Positions 1-13,933 of a stretch of 64,000 nt of DNA are shown here, one piece after another. Below the pieces are notes generated by a model, which did no database searches, was not told the DNA's origin, and saw only the letters and a program-made list of their open reading frames with translations. The stretch's first letter is position 1. Every line of letters begins with the position of its first letter. A program made the translations under genes and the position numbers. Source of the stretch: Botryllus schlosseri (taxonomy: Eukaryota); NCBI GenBank assembly GCA_051294905.1, contig CM119371.1, positions 28,770,001 through 28,834,000 on the forward strand, in the 5' to 3' direction.

Positions 1-624
1 GCTCAGACTTGGACAACTAGATAATTCTAGTTGTCTAATTTCACTAAATTAGAGCGAAATGCGAGTAATCTAATTCTAATCTAATCTGTGAAATGTTTCT
101 ATGCTCTAATTCTAATTGTAATCTAATTTGTGAAATGTGTCTATGCTCTAATTCTAATTCTAATCTAATTTATTGTTTTCCTGAAAATGCCTCGTTGTCC
201 GCGGCATTTTGCAGCGAGTTAATAAGAATATCCCTCTCGCACAGCTCTCGCACAGGGAAATCTAGTGCCAACTGCCAAGCCGCCATCGCATTACTTACAG
301 TACACAGTATACGTACGATCATTAGTAGTAATTGTGACGAATAATAATTAACCATGTGTTAGTGCAACGCCGAAGCCGCTTCTGCCAGTGCGGAATAGTG
401 TTGTTGGGCACAGAAAAATGTATTATTTTGAAAAATAAACAATAATTTGAAACTGAAATGAATTTCATCATATCACAATGCTTTACTTCGCGTTCTTCCA
501 AAATCACAAATCAGATCAAACCGGCCGCACGTGGCCCGCGTCTTGGTGAACCCTGGTTACTGCAAAACGAGCCAAGCTTGGTGTACAGACCATTCTCATG
601 CTTACGACAAGATAGCGTAATGGT

Positions 625-1980
625 CAGGCCGTGTTATTTTTGGCATTTCAGGAGCCAGATGCCAAAACTGCCAAAAATAAAAATTTGAAAATGCCAAAAA
701 TAAGCAATTTTTGGCATATGCCAAAAATAACATGGCCTGCCAAATAGTGTATTTCGTTCATGGTGTTGTGTTAACAGGACCGCGTTACAAGCGAGAAGAG
801 CGTTTTTGAAAGGCAGGTTTCTTAATCTGGGTCCAGCCCACCCATTAGGGGTGAAAGCATGGTGTCCTAAATGGTGTGGGCACAGCGTGATTGAACGGCT
901 GACTGCATTTGGTTTACTTCATACTTTCCATTTGTCCAAAGGCAATTTTACGACCATTTTTGACCGGCTTGTCGAGCACTAAATTTGATAAAACGCGTAT
1001 CAATGAGAAGTTGCCGCAGTACTGATTATTAAAATATAAATTATATTCTGCTCATGGAGCTGGAACCCCCAAAATCAACCACGATTTTTGCATTGTGATC
1101 GAGTTGAACATTGTGACGCAACAAACTGCCTGGCTATTTCTGAGCTGCATAGTCTCGTTTTGCCAGACAGTCTTGTTGCGTCAATGTTCTTAAACAAGCT
1201 AACCTTCCCAGGACTCTTCCATGCGAGTTGGTAATATTCAAGCCACCTGAAGTGACAAAAGTCCTCCGAAAATATATCGGTAGACTGAAGGAGAAATGAT
1301 AGTCGGGCTACTAAATGGAATGTGTTGAGAGACAACACAGGAAACTCCTGGAAAAGGATCGGGAAGAGAATTCTTTCCGCGATGAGATCGATGGCACTGG
1401 CGAAGTAATCTCTTTTCATGATGCATGGAAGCATGTTCGGCCCTCCAAAGATTTTGAAGCTCTGAAAACCTTTTGTGGATGACTGGCAACATTCTTTCCC
1501 TCAACGGCTACTGTTGAAGCCGATATTTCCCAGATTCGCTTGGCGAGAAATGAATTTAGGAGAAACTTAGCTGACCTGAGTTTGGAAGCACTGTTACAGT
1601 GCAAACGATTTATGTCTATTCAACAGCTGTAACAATCAGCTGTTGAGCGTGTTTGTTAGGCTTTTCTTTCTTTTTTTTTGCTTATTGGCACCGAGTCCGA
1701 TGGATACTGCACATTTTGTGGTTTCGTTTGATATTATTAACCTATGAAATCGCTAGGTTTTTTCTTCTTATTGTTTGTTGGCACTGATTATACGTGGATG
1801 CTGCACATTTTGTGGTGTCTTTTGACAAACTAGCCCAAATAAAGCGTTTTTGTGACTAATTCGAGGCTGAAACTATCTATTTAGAGGACGATGCCAAAAC
1901 TGCCAAAAATAAAAATCGAAAAATGCCAAAAATAAGTTATTTTTGGCAGTTTTGGCATATGCCAAAAATAACACGGCCTG
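625..1980 (+). mobile_element. Defective hAT transposon
   Basis: TIRs caggccgtgttatttttggca and tgccaaaaataacacggcctg. Perfect 8-bp TSD gtaatggt at 617-624 and 1981-1988. Confidence 0.85.
1420..1632 (+). pseudogene. hAT-like transposase C-terminal fragment
   Basis: Translates DAWKH...FCG*LATFFPSTATVEADISQIRLARNEFRRNLADLSLEALLQCK, resembling the hAT dimerisation region. It has an in-frame stop and lies inside TIRs with an 8-bp TSD. Confidence 0.65.
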
Positions 1981-3940
1981 GTAATGGTGAAGCGTCCGGC
2001 TTCTCGATCGGTAGGTTGTGGGTTCGATCCCCGGCCGGGTCAGACCAAAGACCTGATTGGTAACACTGGTATCCATGACTTCCCTGCTTGGCGCTCATGC
2101 ATTACTGGGATAGCATGGAGGGGTGGTGCATGACTTAGAAAGCCGTAGAGGCTATATCTGCACTTCCTTGTCCAGCGGCATATGCACTCATGGTATGCAT
2201 ATGCACAGATCGTGTGTATGTGTATCATGAGTCGGTGTATATGTCGCAAAAATCATCAAGGACAAAAATAAACTACGTCCTTTCCTTTCCTTATGGGAAC
2301 GCACTGTGATTTGATATGAATTGAACTTGATTTTTGATGTATTCATTTCTCATTCACAATTTCATTCAATTTCCAAGTTTTGCGAATTTAGTAATTCTAA
2401 TTCGAATCTAATCTAATTAGGAGAAAGCTGTGTAGCTCTAATTCTAATCCTAATCTAATTTGGAAATATTTCGTTGCTCTAATTCTAGTTCTAATCTAAT
2501 TTGAAAAAAACTGTGTTGCTCTAATTTTAATTCTAATCTAATTTGGAAAAAACTGTGTAGCTCTAATTCTAATCTAATTTAAAAAAGCTGAAAATTTTCT
2601 AGTTGTGCAAGTCTGCTTGAGCTCCATCTCGCATTGCGTAGAGATGAAGGTTTATGCTACTTGATGGGTGGTAATCTACTATTTTCTCTGAAAGAGCTCT
2701 TTTGCTCTTGAGCTACTCTCTCGTTTCGCCAGACAGCATTGTTGCGTCCCAATGCCAATCTCCATAACAATGAAAAATTCGAGGCTGATTGTGAGAGTTC
2801 TGGGGTCACGAGCGGAATAAACTTTATATTTTCGTAATCAGTGCAGAGTCAGCTTTCGATTGATACCCGTTTGACCAAATTTAATGCTCGGCAAGTCGGT
2901 CAAAAATTACCGTCAAATTGCCTGTAGCCAAATGGAAATTGTGACGTGAACCAATTTCACTGAGGCGTGAGATTTGCTTGTGTCGACACCATATAGGACA
3001 CTATGGTTTTACCATATCATCTCCAAATTTGTAGCTGAGAGTTGGATTTGTTGAGGATGTTGGATTGAAGAAGTCCGACATATGCTTTAAGAATCGATAA
3101 TATTATGGTGGCAACCAATGTATTGTGATATATGAAAAACCTTGCTCATCATTGTAATTTGCAGTTTCACAACGACATTCCGCCGCCCAGTATCACCAGA
3201 TACTGAGTCGCATATGATATGGCATTTTCAAATTTTCATGATATTCCTCGAATCAGTTTTCTAGACCGCTGAAAATATGTTGAGTTGTTCTACTTTCGCC
3301 TTTTCGAACAGCCAGTTGGATTTGTGTCAGACAAATTGAAATTATACGATATATATAGTCTACATCTAAAATCGAAATTGATAATTATTTATTAATTATT
3401 TAATTTTGTCTAAGCAAGAAAACGATCGGATTAATTCAATCTGGGCAATCACAATTTACCAAAATACTATTTTATATCTTTTTAATTAGAATTGTGTCAG
3501 TTAAATTCAAATAAGTCGGTATATATATTATATAGTCTGTATCTAGAAAAAAAAGCCTATCCTTTCATACAGTAGAAAACTGGACAATTTTTGTGCGGGA
3601 GGTTTTTGTTTAACCAGTCTTAACTGTTGTTAATTTTGAAATCAGGACACAAAAGTTCATCGTTTGTGACTACAGGACACACAAAATGTTGAATTTTTAT
3701 TCTAGTCATCATCCCTAATGTTCGATATTTACTGACTTGAGTGATTCTTTCCGTGGAAGTCCTTATTGCAAATTTCATTTTTTGATAGACATACTGGATA
3801 CTACGAGTCATCATCGTAGGTTTGTGATCTCCCTGGATTAGACCAAGAATATCTATCAATATCGTGACACGATATATAAATCGTGCAAACGATGCAGGTA
3901 GTTGCTAATCATCCGCTACAGTCTCGCTCATTGTGTCCAG

Positions 3941-6900
3941 ATTTAACATCTTACGCATCAAGGATTTCATCGCTTGAGAACGAAAATAAGAAAACAACCG
4001 CAGGTGATATATATTATATATATATTATTTTGTTATACGATAATGAGAGTGGTTATGTAAAAATATTTCCGAAATACTCAATACCCAAATTTTTATTGGT
4101 ACTGCTGGTACTAGTGCTACGTTTTCCGAATCCTGAAGTAGGTTTTGCTTACTTGTACTAATTTAGTGTAGTTCGGTTTTTAGACTTTACAGTCACTGCT
4201 ACTTAACAGTTTTCTAGGCAAAACCGCTCATTCATTATCATTTGGATTTTAATTTATAAATAGGAAGTCGCATTTGGATGCCGGCTTGCATCATCTTTGT
4301 GTGAGTTAAAGTGTCATGAAAACTTCAAGACGGAGCTCGTGTATCACGGTACCTGGATAAGTGGATATATTTTCATGAATTGCACCTATCTGTATTGTCA
4401 TTGGCCATTTTGCGAAAGAGCATCGATCAAAAGTATGCGTAAAACTATAGTTACTTGAGTAGGCCTACTTTATATATCTACATTTTATACTTCAACTTGA
4501 AGTAATTTTGACATGCCTTCAAAATTACTTTTTCTATGTGTAATCGAGTAGCAACTTACGGCGTTGCTTTTACTAGAGCAGCAACACTGACAATTAACCA
4601 TTTCCGGTATATAAATTTAATAATTCATAAGAATAAGTTGCTATATATATTTGTTGTCACTATGAATGACATTGTTAACGAGGTATTTCTGTTAACGAGG
4701 TATGAAATAGGACGGAAAGGTGCCAGAAGTAGAAATCGCCTCCTATATCCTGCTTTCGAGCAAGAAATTCGCCAGTACCCACGATTTTCAAGAATGACAA
4801 TTTGTACATGGAAGCTATATCGTGTGATATCTCGCATATACCAATAACTTTATGTTTTTACGGATAAATTGCCGCGAACCTGTGAAAGCAACCACGATTT
4901 CATTTCTACTGTATCTATAAAGTACATTGTATAATGATCATGACAATGTTTGCAATATGATTACTTCTAGAAATGGAAGCTCTGAAGACCAAATTACTGA
5001 AATCGGAACAAAGCAATAAAGCGCTTTTGAAGGGTATGTAACGTTGACATAGGAATATATGATTTCATCTGATATGTAAATTGCAAGTGTGAAATTTTTT
5101 TGTGAAGCTTCCATTTTCGTTTAAAAGTCACCGATCTGGATCTGCAGCTACTACTTTGTCACGGGTTGTACCATTCCACTCCATCTGTGTTTGTGCTACG
5201 GAGGTCATGCATCATCGATTCTTAACCCCGTGCGAAATTTCAGGCACTCATTTCTCAAAGGTTGCACTTTTTCGATGCGAAATGCGTCACCTACTTTACA
5301 TACCCATGATAAAACAGCACACTCTTATTGCAACTTGCAACAGACATAAATATAAATCACCAGACTGGTCGAGAGTCGGTTGTACGCTCTAACCGCCCCG
5401 TACACATGTCTTCTGATCTGAAAACTTTTGGCAAGATCTAACATTCTCAAAGATATGCCCACCATAAATAACGCATTATAATGCAAAGAAAGGTCCCTAC
5501 AGCGACTCGACATAATCATGTCACTTTTCAAATGAAATGAATCTGATCAAAGCAACCATGCACGCTTTTATCCGGTTCATTTCTCAAAAACGCGCCAAGC
5601 TAATTTTAAGCTTTACGATCAACTACTATATTGTGTCGTTATTCCTCTTCCTCCTACTTCCCTTATGATAAACACTGATGTATACCTGATAGAACCGAAG
5701 GAGTCGAATTACGATATACAATCGAAACATGTCTGATTGAGAACACCGTGTCCATGACTATTTCATTTCAACACGGTCGTTTTTTATGGAACCGTGTCAT
5801 GGCAAATATTCCAATTTGGTAATCCGGCGCCTATAAGCGTGTACTATGTGATTTCAGAGTTGAACGCCTTGGGGATCAAAACAAATGATTTGGAATCGCA
5901 CCTTGCCGAACCAAACACAGGTATATTTTGTTTTACAATATTTAATCAATCAGTGCGAACGATCAACTAGGCCAGGGATTTTAACCAAACCTAAATCTGT
6001 GGCGAAGAATAGGATTCAAATGAACTTTAGTCTGCGGCCAAGCCGACATGCATAAAGCTAAAATGCAACCACTGTTGAAGCTCTTATTCCATGAACAAAT
6101 TTCGCGCTAGATTGCAGTTGTAATTCGCTACTCGTGACCTGCCGTCAACCGCGAACCTGGCGTACTAATTGTTTTTAGGCTATAGCCCCCACTGCCTTTA
6201 GTACCGCAATTTTGTATTAAAGGCTGAGTTGGCCGAAATAGTCATCGTTGCTACTGAAGTAGATGTTTAAGTAGTAGCGATTTACAATTAAGAAAAATAG
6301 TCAGCATTCTAAACCTATAGTTTATCCAAACAACCTGGAAAGTGTCAAGTAGAAGTATTCTAATGTCATAAACACCGAGAGTAAGTGACGAAAGTAGTCA
6401 AACCTTCAAAACCTACTTGAGTATTCCTAAAAGCAAAATTCCTTTGTTGCTGACCACTTTTGATTAAAGAATTGACCCGCATGGTCACAATGTTTGCGAG
6501 GCTTTCAGATGACATGACTTTATTGACCTGTATCCCCCCAAGGGGTCAACATGAATCTGATCGAGCAAAGCATGTTTAGAAAAATCGAGGCTGGAGAGAT
6601 TGGTCGATTGACGATTATGAAACGAATTGTTAAATTGTTTCTAGCTCTTCTGAGAAGTTGTGAGGACGTCCAATTGGAATCAGCATTAGCACGCAATGAT
6701 TCTGGGTGTGTGTTTAAATTAGACATACCGGAAGTCGGGATCACGAATGTGTTCTGTGACGTAACTGACGATGGAGGAAACTGGACTGTGAGTTGAATGC
6801 GCGATTGTTGCAGAAAAATTTTGATTTCATTCCATTTTCATGAAAGGTTTTCCAGCGAAGAATGAACGGAGACGTTAATTTCAGCAGAGGTTGGGATGAT

Positions 6901-7899
6901 TACGTGAAAGGATTCGGCGATTTGCAAGGAGATCATTGGTTGGGTAGGACTTTTCATATTATAACTTTCGTATTATCTCATGAAGTGCGCCCAGACACAC
7001 ATGGCGAGGAGCGAAGAGGTGCCATGTCCATTATTCGTGATCTAACAGATCTATGGTAAAGTAAATTGACAGTGTGAGCGAGTTTAGAGCGAGTATTCGT
7101 TTCACCATCTTTTCGCTGCGCTAACGCCAAGCGTGAGTTTGTAATCATCTGACAATCCACTTTCTTCCAGGCCTGGAAGCATTGCACCAAATGACCAAGA
7201 CAGGGAATATGGAGATGAAAATCAAAATGATCACGAAAAATGGGGTTTATTGGGTTGCTAAATACAGGTGAACACGAATCGTTGGCATTATCATTTCGGC
7301 GCATTTCGTAAATCTTGTATTTCTCACAACGCACACACAGGTCTATAACGCCAGATTGCGACTAAATCAACGGGAGCCAACTTGTATCATCGTTAGGGTC
7401 ACTGTTCTGGCGATTAATAACTGTATTTAACCGGTTAATCACCGTATTTTTGCCAATTTCATGGTTGGCGAATAAAAGTATTGCTAGGATAGATCCCAAT
7501 GATCCGTAATATAATGCTTGTAGGCTTATGATATCACACACGCAGGATGGAATACAAACTATACTAACGAAAAACAAGGCAAGGATTTTATCATTTTCCA
7601 GCAACTTCCGCATCGGACCCGGATCCAACAAGTACAGACTGCACGTATCCGGATACTCCGGGAATTCAACCTCCGGAGATGGTTTTTCATCTCACGACAA
7701 TCACCAATTCTCAACGAAGGACGCGGATCACGATGGTTCGCCAGGGAATTGCGCTTCACTCCTGGAAGCAGGCTGGTGGTATCACATCTGCTACCACAGC
7801 AACCTCAACGGAAACTTCCACAAAACAGACGACAAGGGAGTCCGGTGGGGTCAGGACCTCCTGCAATTCTCGGAGATGAAGCTCCGGAAAAGATCGTGA
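3941..7899 (+). CDS. Fibrinogen-related domain protein (coiled coil + FBG domain; ficolin/angiopoietin-like), 5' exon(s) not identified
   Basis: Exons 3941-4003, 4971-5033, 5858-5920, 6645-6787, 6847-6943, 7171-7267 and 7602-7899, all AG/GT bounded and phase-compatible. Motifs: VFCD..DGGNWTVFQRR.NG.VNF.RGW.DY..GFG, HWLGLE.LH, FSTKD.D.D, GWWY..C..SNLNG, SEMKLR. Confidence 0.88.
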
Positions 7900-8391
7900 G
7901 CTTGACCTTTTCTGTGACGTCACACTTCAAAAGGAGCCTTCCTCTCGTATGGCTGTTTTGACTCAAACTTTATAGCGCCCTCTCGCGGTACGGTTTTCTC
8001 GTGGCCGGTCGTACGAATCCAGTATGGCCCGGCCTTTCACTATAGGCCCATCTCCGGGTTTCTTTCACTATAGGCCTATACTTGCATACTATTTACAATT
8101 TTAATGTTACTTTTTCTTATTAATATCTACTAAAACCCTGAAAAAATGGTACGTTTTTCCCGACTTCGTGGTCGGTTGACTAAAAAAATATGGTCATTTT
8201 CCGGCTGAATTCTCGGTAAACCCTTCGGTCCGTCATTTGGCCGCTGATTTCCTAAATCTCGATCCAATTTCCACGTACGTTTAACCAAAATTCCTAAAAA
8301 GAGGACATTTAGGCGTCCTCCGAGGACACTTTCAAAAAAGTCAAAAAAGAAGACAACTCCTCTTAAAAGAGGACGTTTGGTAATCCTAATA

Positions 8392-9934
8392 CAGGGGTCA
8401 CCAACACGCGGCCCGCGAGTTCATATTTTGCGGCCCGCGACCTGATTTGAAATTTCGGAAGACCACTTAGTAAAGCATTTTGAAATGCTGAGATTGATTT
8501 CAGTTTAAATACTATGTTGTTGTTGTTCAAAGTGTGTGGAATGCTCCTGTGCTCAATATCACTATTCCTCACTCGCTGATGCGGCTTCGGCGATAGTAAT
8601 ATCATTCCACGGAGGAAGGATTTGCTGATATGAATGAGCATATTTCCTTGACGTGCAATGGCCCACCAATGCCACGACCGAGACGCTTAGAAAATGACTT
8701 CAGGCTCCGCACAAGACAAAGCTTTACGAGGAGGTAGTTCTCCAGCAAGTACTGTGTCTAGCTAACCCCAATATCGATTCTTTAGTTCAGGGGTGGCCAA
8801 ATCTGCGGCAGTAGAAGGAAAATTATGTTACCGTCAACACTTATTTCAATTAGGATGTGTTGGCGGCCATCAATACGCAAATTGAATATTCGGATTGACT
8901 CCCTAATTAATGAGAGGTTTGAAGTATTCTTGAAATTTTCTTCGCACTTCGCGCGGTTCCATGCGAGTTGATTTTAGATTTTAATTTAGTAATGTATTTT
9001 GTAATCTCAGCCCCACAGTACAGATGCGAACAGCACAGGAAAATGATGCGCCCCATAAAGGAATACCAATTTGTATTCGTGTTCTCCTCATCACGAATGA
9101 AATTTGTTTCTGGTAGGCCCACATTTGGGCAAATCCAACATCTTTCCATTATATTGACAATCCTGATGGGATGCCAAGAAATAACAGCATGCAACTGAGG
9201 GGTCTAATACCAATTGGACCACCAAAAGATGCAGCACAGCATTAATGGCTTCCCTAAATTTTCGAAGAAACCTCCTGCATCAACTATCGGCAAATTTGAT
9301 CACATGGGCTGAGAAAGGATAAAGGTATGATAGTAATATGTGAAACTAACGAAGTTCACTCGAGAATGTGGAAAAAGTTTCGCGCTTCGCGCGACCAACA
9401 AGGAGACCGCTGGGGTTATTTATAACAGGAGGGCTCACGATGCCGGTGCGCAGAGTAAACCGATAGGAATAAATAGATTGGTCTGGAGTTCACCGGCAAT
9501 TGACATTGGCAGTTTAACGTGGGGATTCGGCCTGCAATTAGTTCATTACGACTATGCACTGGAATGCAGTCGTACCCAACATAAGTAGGCTAATCGAAAT
9601 GTGGCCGTGAATAGCAAAAAGGCTGGCCACATATTCACGTCTTCTTTAGTTACTGAAGAGTGTTGCCAGGTACCGTGTGCAGCTCATAGTACAAAATAGA
9701 ATGAAAGTGATGATCACGATTTTTTGTTGTTGCATTTCTTCAACAAAATATTATTTCCTTTGTGGTAACTATGCCCGTCTCCCATGTTAGAGAGAACAGC
9801 GCTGTACTGACGTAGAGTTAAAAAAACGTGGCTGTTAAACTCCGTTGCCAATCTTGATATTGAAGTCATGCGGCCCGCGGCCTCGACGAATTTTGAAAAG
9901 TGGCCCCCGACCCGTTTTGAGTTGGCGACCCCTG
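8392..9934. mobile_element. hAT-type MITE
   Basis: Ends caggggtcaccaac and gttggcgacccctg. Flanks tcctaata and ccctaata (7/8 match). A diverged sibling lies at 54843-55983. Confidence 0.75.
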
Positions 9935-11497
9935 CCCTAATATGTACTGATTCTATACACAGAGTCTATAGCGTGCAAGTTTATATCATAAGGAGATTAG
10001 AACTTCTTCGATCACTCAAAACTTGTTATACAGGACCACAGGACATTGGCCCACCTAAAATTTTGTTCAATAACAATGATTTGCCATTTATAGACGCACA
10101 GCAATCAATATATGCCGAAATCACGGCGAAAATCGCATTCTTTTTGTGCTTTCGCTTGTAAATGCCCTTGCCCATATATAACGAAGTCTCTACGAAAATT
10201 GAATTATCCTGTGTGTTTTCGCTTTGTAAGGAGAGAGAGAGTCTTTCTTTCCATCCAACCAAAATACATTAAAAAAAACAGACGGCAGTGATGGCGGTAC
10301 GGAAATATGCATGTACAGTATTCGGCATCAGATAGGAATGATCGATAAGACCGTGAAGGTCAACTAGTCTGATCACACCAGCATCAACAGGTTCACTTGA
10401 CTCTGAACAGTCTGGCTGTGAAAAATGTTAGTTAAAAAAAGGAAGACGAAATTGGTATTTCTGCACTGGCAATTAGTTTTTATCTGCGGGATGGCATTTG
10501 TCTTGTGGGGTTCTGATTGCCATGACTGGAACATTTGGCGCCAGCCATTTAGGCGCCTATGAACAATTAAACATATATGTATATCGTATATATATAGAAG
10601 TCAGTCAGCATAAAGGCAGTCCTTTTCCGCCAAGGTTTTCTCGTTCTGGCACACTTCTCGGAGTCGCATGTTAGAAGGCCTGAAATTTCATATGTCTTGC
10701 TGCGTCATGGCTTGGTAATGGCTGACGCCGAGATGCCCGATTTCTATACCTCATGCGTATTATTTCTTGGGGGAAGGGTATCCAATAAGCAAGAAATTTG
10801 ACACCATTAAATCGCGACCTGCGCGATTTGCCTAAATTTCCAAAATAATACTTTATAATTTATGTTAATTCACGAAAAAAATTTGGGGCCCCTTCGAGCT
10901 CGTTCCCCCCATCCCAATTGGGGGTTTTGCGTGCGGCAGTTACGGTCCTGGACTCCAATATAGCCGTTTTAACGCGCCATCTCCCCCTTCGTCCGTTCTC
11001 GCCCCCTAACGCTATTTTCGCCCCCTGGACCGCCAAATCGCCCCCTAGGGGGCGATATCGCCCACGTTGGGAACCACTGATATAAGGCATGGCGGGTATT
11101 CTTACAATCACACTACTACATGTAGGTTACATCGAATATATATTTACAACGTTACGCAATGACGAGCAAAGCGAATACTTCTGACGTAATAAGGGACAGT
11201 GGCATTTCAAAACCCGACGTTTCTGCCTTCAATGACCTGGTCTAATATCGCACTCTTCATTGTTCAAGAATTTTCACTGTTCAGTTTATGTCATGATTCT
11301 TCTACAAATAAAAAGTAATCATTCTTTCACAAAGAAATCGATTAGATATGTGAAATAATCGATTACGATTACGATTACTTCGGATTTTTTTCGAGAATGT
11401 AATCGATTGCGATTACGATTACTAATCACGATTACCCCATGTCTGTCTGTCTGTCCCATGTCTTCCAGGTTGCAGTTTCTCGATGCGAGCTCTATCG

Positions 11498-12083
11498 CAG
11501 GGTTGTAATGATTCAAGTCATGACTCGACTCGAGTCGCGATTATTTGGTGACTCCGCTTGACTCGAGTCATATTTTCAAATGCGTAGATTGACTCGACTC
11601 GACTCGAGTAGATTTTTGGATTGACTCAACTTGTACTCGAGTCATTGTGCATCACTTGAACCAAGTCATATGCATCGAGACTAGGATGACCAAGACGGAC
11701 ATTTCATGTAACTTTGAAGAATAGTAAAGTTGCCACATTATTGGTATTTCGTCTATCAGTCCTGATACTTCGAAAATAGAGCCACAAACTGCTAAGACTG
11801 GGGAAAATCACTATATTATGAATGCGAGCCATTCTATATCATTCAAGCAGAGTTGAAACAAGTGGATTGAACCCGATTGAACTTAAACGTGATCAGTGAA
11901 CTTAATGCCTTGGACTCGGACTCGACTTCAAACGCCATGACTCGGACTCGACCCTCTACGAGCTGACTTGGACTCGGACTTGGCTCGGAGGTGAATTGAA
12001 AATGACTCGACTTGACTCGAGTCAAAACGATAAAAGTGAGATTGACTTCTGACTCGGAACCTTGTGACTTGGTTACAACCCTG
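11498..12083. mobile_element. MITE with gactc/gagtc micro-repeats
   Basis: Ends cagggttgtaa and ttacaaccctg, with gactcgagtc arrays at both ends. The TSD is degenerate. Confidence 0.6.
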
Positions 12084-12139
12084 TTCTACTGTAATCATAT
12101 TTCGTTATATATAAATATATATTCACTATACTGGCCGAG

Positions 12140-13500
12140 GTTCGGTTGTAGCCTACGCTATAACCGTTGCGCACATATGCCTTCTGATCTGAAAACTCTA
12201 GGCCGTTCCACTCCGTCTATCTCTGTGTTATTGAGGTCAAGCGTCATCGATTCTTAACCCCGTGCCAAATTTCGGGCACTCATTTCTTCAAGGTTGCACT
12301 TTTTCGATGCGACCTCTACGTTAGTCCTATTTTTTTCCGAATGACGAGGAAAATATGTCATGTAATGCGTCACCTACTTTACTTGCACATGATGCAACAG
12401 CACACTCTAATTGCAACTTGTAACATATATAAATATAAATCACCAGAGCGGTCGAGATTAGGTTGTACGCTATAACCGTCCCGTACACATGTCTTCTGAT
12501 TTGCAAACTTCAGAAATTCTCAACGATAACCATAAATAATGCATTATAATGCGAAGAAAGGTCCCTACAGCGACTCGACAAAATCATGTCGATTGAGGAT
12601 GAGTGACTTCAATTCTACAGTGATTGATGAAGTGGAATATATTTTTGCTGCAATATAAAAATTCGACTTTATGAGGAAAATTACTGCCGAAAAAAGATTT
12701 CACACTAGAAACTTTAATAAACGACCACCACGTATTTATTGTGCAATGTCCCATTAATTTTAAATTGCTGATTTGCTCCGCTCTGCTTAGTTGGAAATTG
12801 GAAATCTGGATGCTATTAGTCAATACCGAGGCTTGTGCCGGGGAATACACGACCCCGACACGACGTTCCAAACTAGACAATATCAATATAGGCAATTAGG
12901 CCTATAGTAATTTTGTATTAAAGGCAGATTTGGCCGAAATAGTCATCGTAGGTACGTTGCGATTTCCATTTAAGTAGGCTAAAATAGTCAGCGTTCTAGA
13001 CCTAGTTTGGCCTAATATCCCGGAAACTGTCAAGTAGAAGTAGTCTAAAGTCATAAACATTGAGAGTTGAGAATAAATAGGGAATTCAAGTAAGCAAAAC
13101 CTATACTTGAGTATTCCTAAAAGTAGACGTCCTCTGTTACTGACCACTTTTGATTAAAGAATTGACCATGGTCACAATGTTTACAAGGCTTTCAGATCCA
13201 CTATATTGTGGCGGTATCCTCTTTCTCATACTTCCCTTAAGATAAACACTCATGTATATCTGATAGAACTGCAGGAGTCGAATTACGACAAACAATTGAA
13301 ACATGTCTGATTGAGAACACCAAGTGTACATGACTATTTCATTTCAACATGGTCGTCTTTTAGAACACCGTGTCCTGGCAAATATTCCAATTTGGTAACC
13401 CGGCACCTATAAGCGGTGTCTGTGTGATTTCAGAGTTGAACGCCTTGAGGATCAAAACGAATGAATTGGAATCGCAACTTACCAAACCAAATACAGGTAG
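12140..13500 (+). pseudogene. Rearranged partial duplicate of FReD introns with an orphan 63-nt exon (13434-13496)
   Basis: Blocks match 5200-5530, 6200-6510 and 5660-5920. The exon copy reads ELNALRIKTNELESQLTKPNT versus ELNALGIKTNDLESHLAEPNT, with AG/GT intact. Confidence 0.7.
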
Positions 13501-13933
13501 GCCTATATGGTATATTTGATACTTGCTCGCTCACACATTGAAACGGAGTGTTCGGTTCTCTGGTGGAAGGGTTTCAAGGTGCATATGCCGGCCTGGCAGC
13601 GAATGTAATGCTCGCTCCACGAAGGGATTTACTTGCGCCGCTGGTTTATTCAGTGACTGTTAGTCAGCACCAGTGATATTTTCGGTCATTAGACACTTTG
13701 CATCATCCGAGAAGTTCTGCGCCCTGCGATTTATGAAGTGCAATGCTACAACTGTGCCACACTTCGACCAAATACATTTACCACCTTCACTTTCCATTTC
13801 CACTCGAAATAGTTTTCACGCGTCTTATATATCGGTACATATACTTGTAAGTACGTAGAAATATAGAGCGTTGATTCTATTTTGACTCGTGTAGGCTATA
13901 CCAACGCTGACAACTTTGACCATCTATGTTGAA

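Larger units (their letters stand above)
612..2290 (+). mobile_element. tRNA-derived SINE, split in its A-box region by a hAT insertion
   Basis: Removing 625-1988 restores tagcgtaatggtgaagcgtccg...ggttcgatccc (B box 2021-2031). The same head occurs uninterrupted on the minus strand near 59340-59420. The 3' end is approximate. Confidence 0.7.
4..2615. mobile_element. Non-autonomous hAT-like element with CTAATT-rich subterminal repeats and nested insertions
   Basis: TIRs cagacttggacaactag (4-20) and ctagttgtgcaagtctg (2599-2615), 1 mismatch. Right flank is cttgagct and the visible left flank gct (1-3) matches its end. A paralogous site at 62477-62484 has a single cttgagct. Confidence 0.75.

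Noticed and set aside
1981..2045. Functional tRNA gene
   Set aside because: The A-box region is interrupted, no acceptor stem is evident, and it continues into a body shared with the 59180-59420 copy, so it is a SINE.
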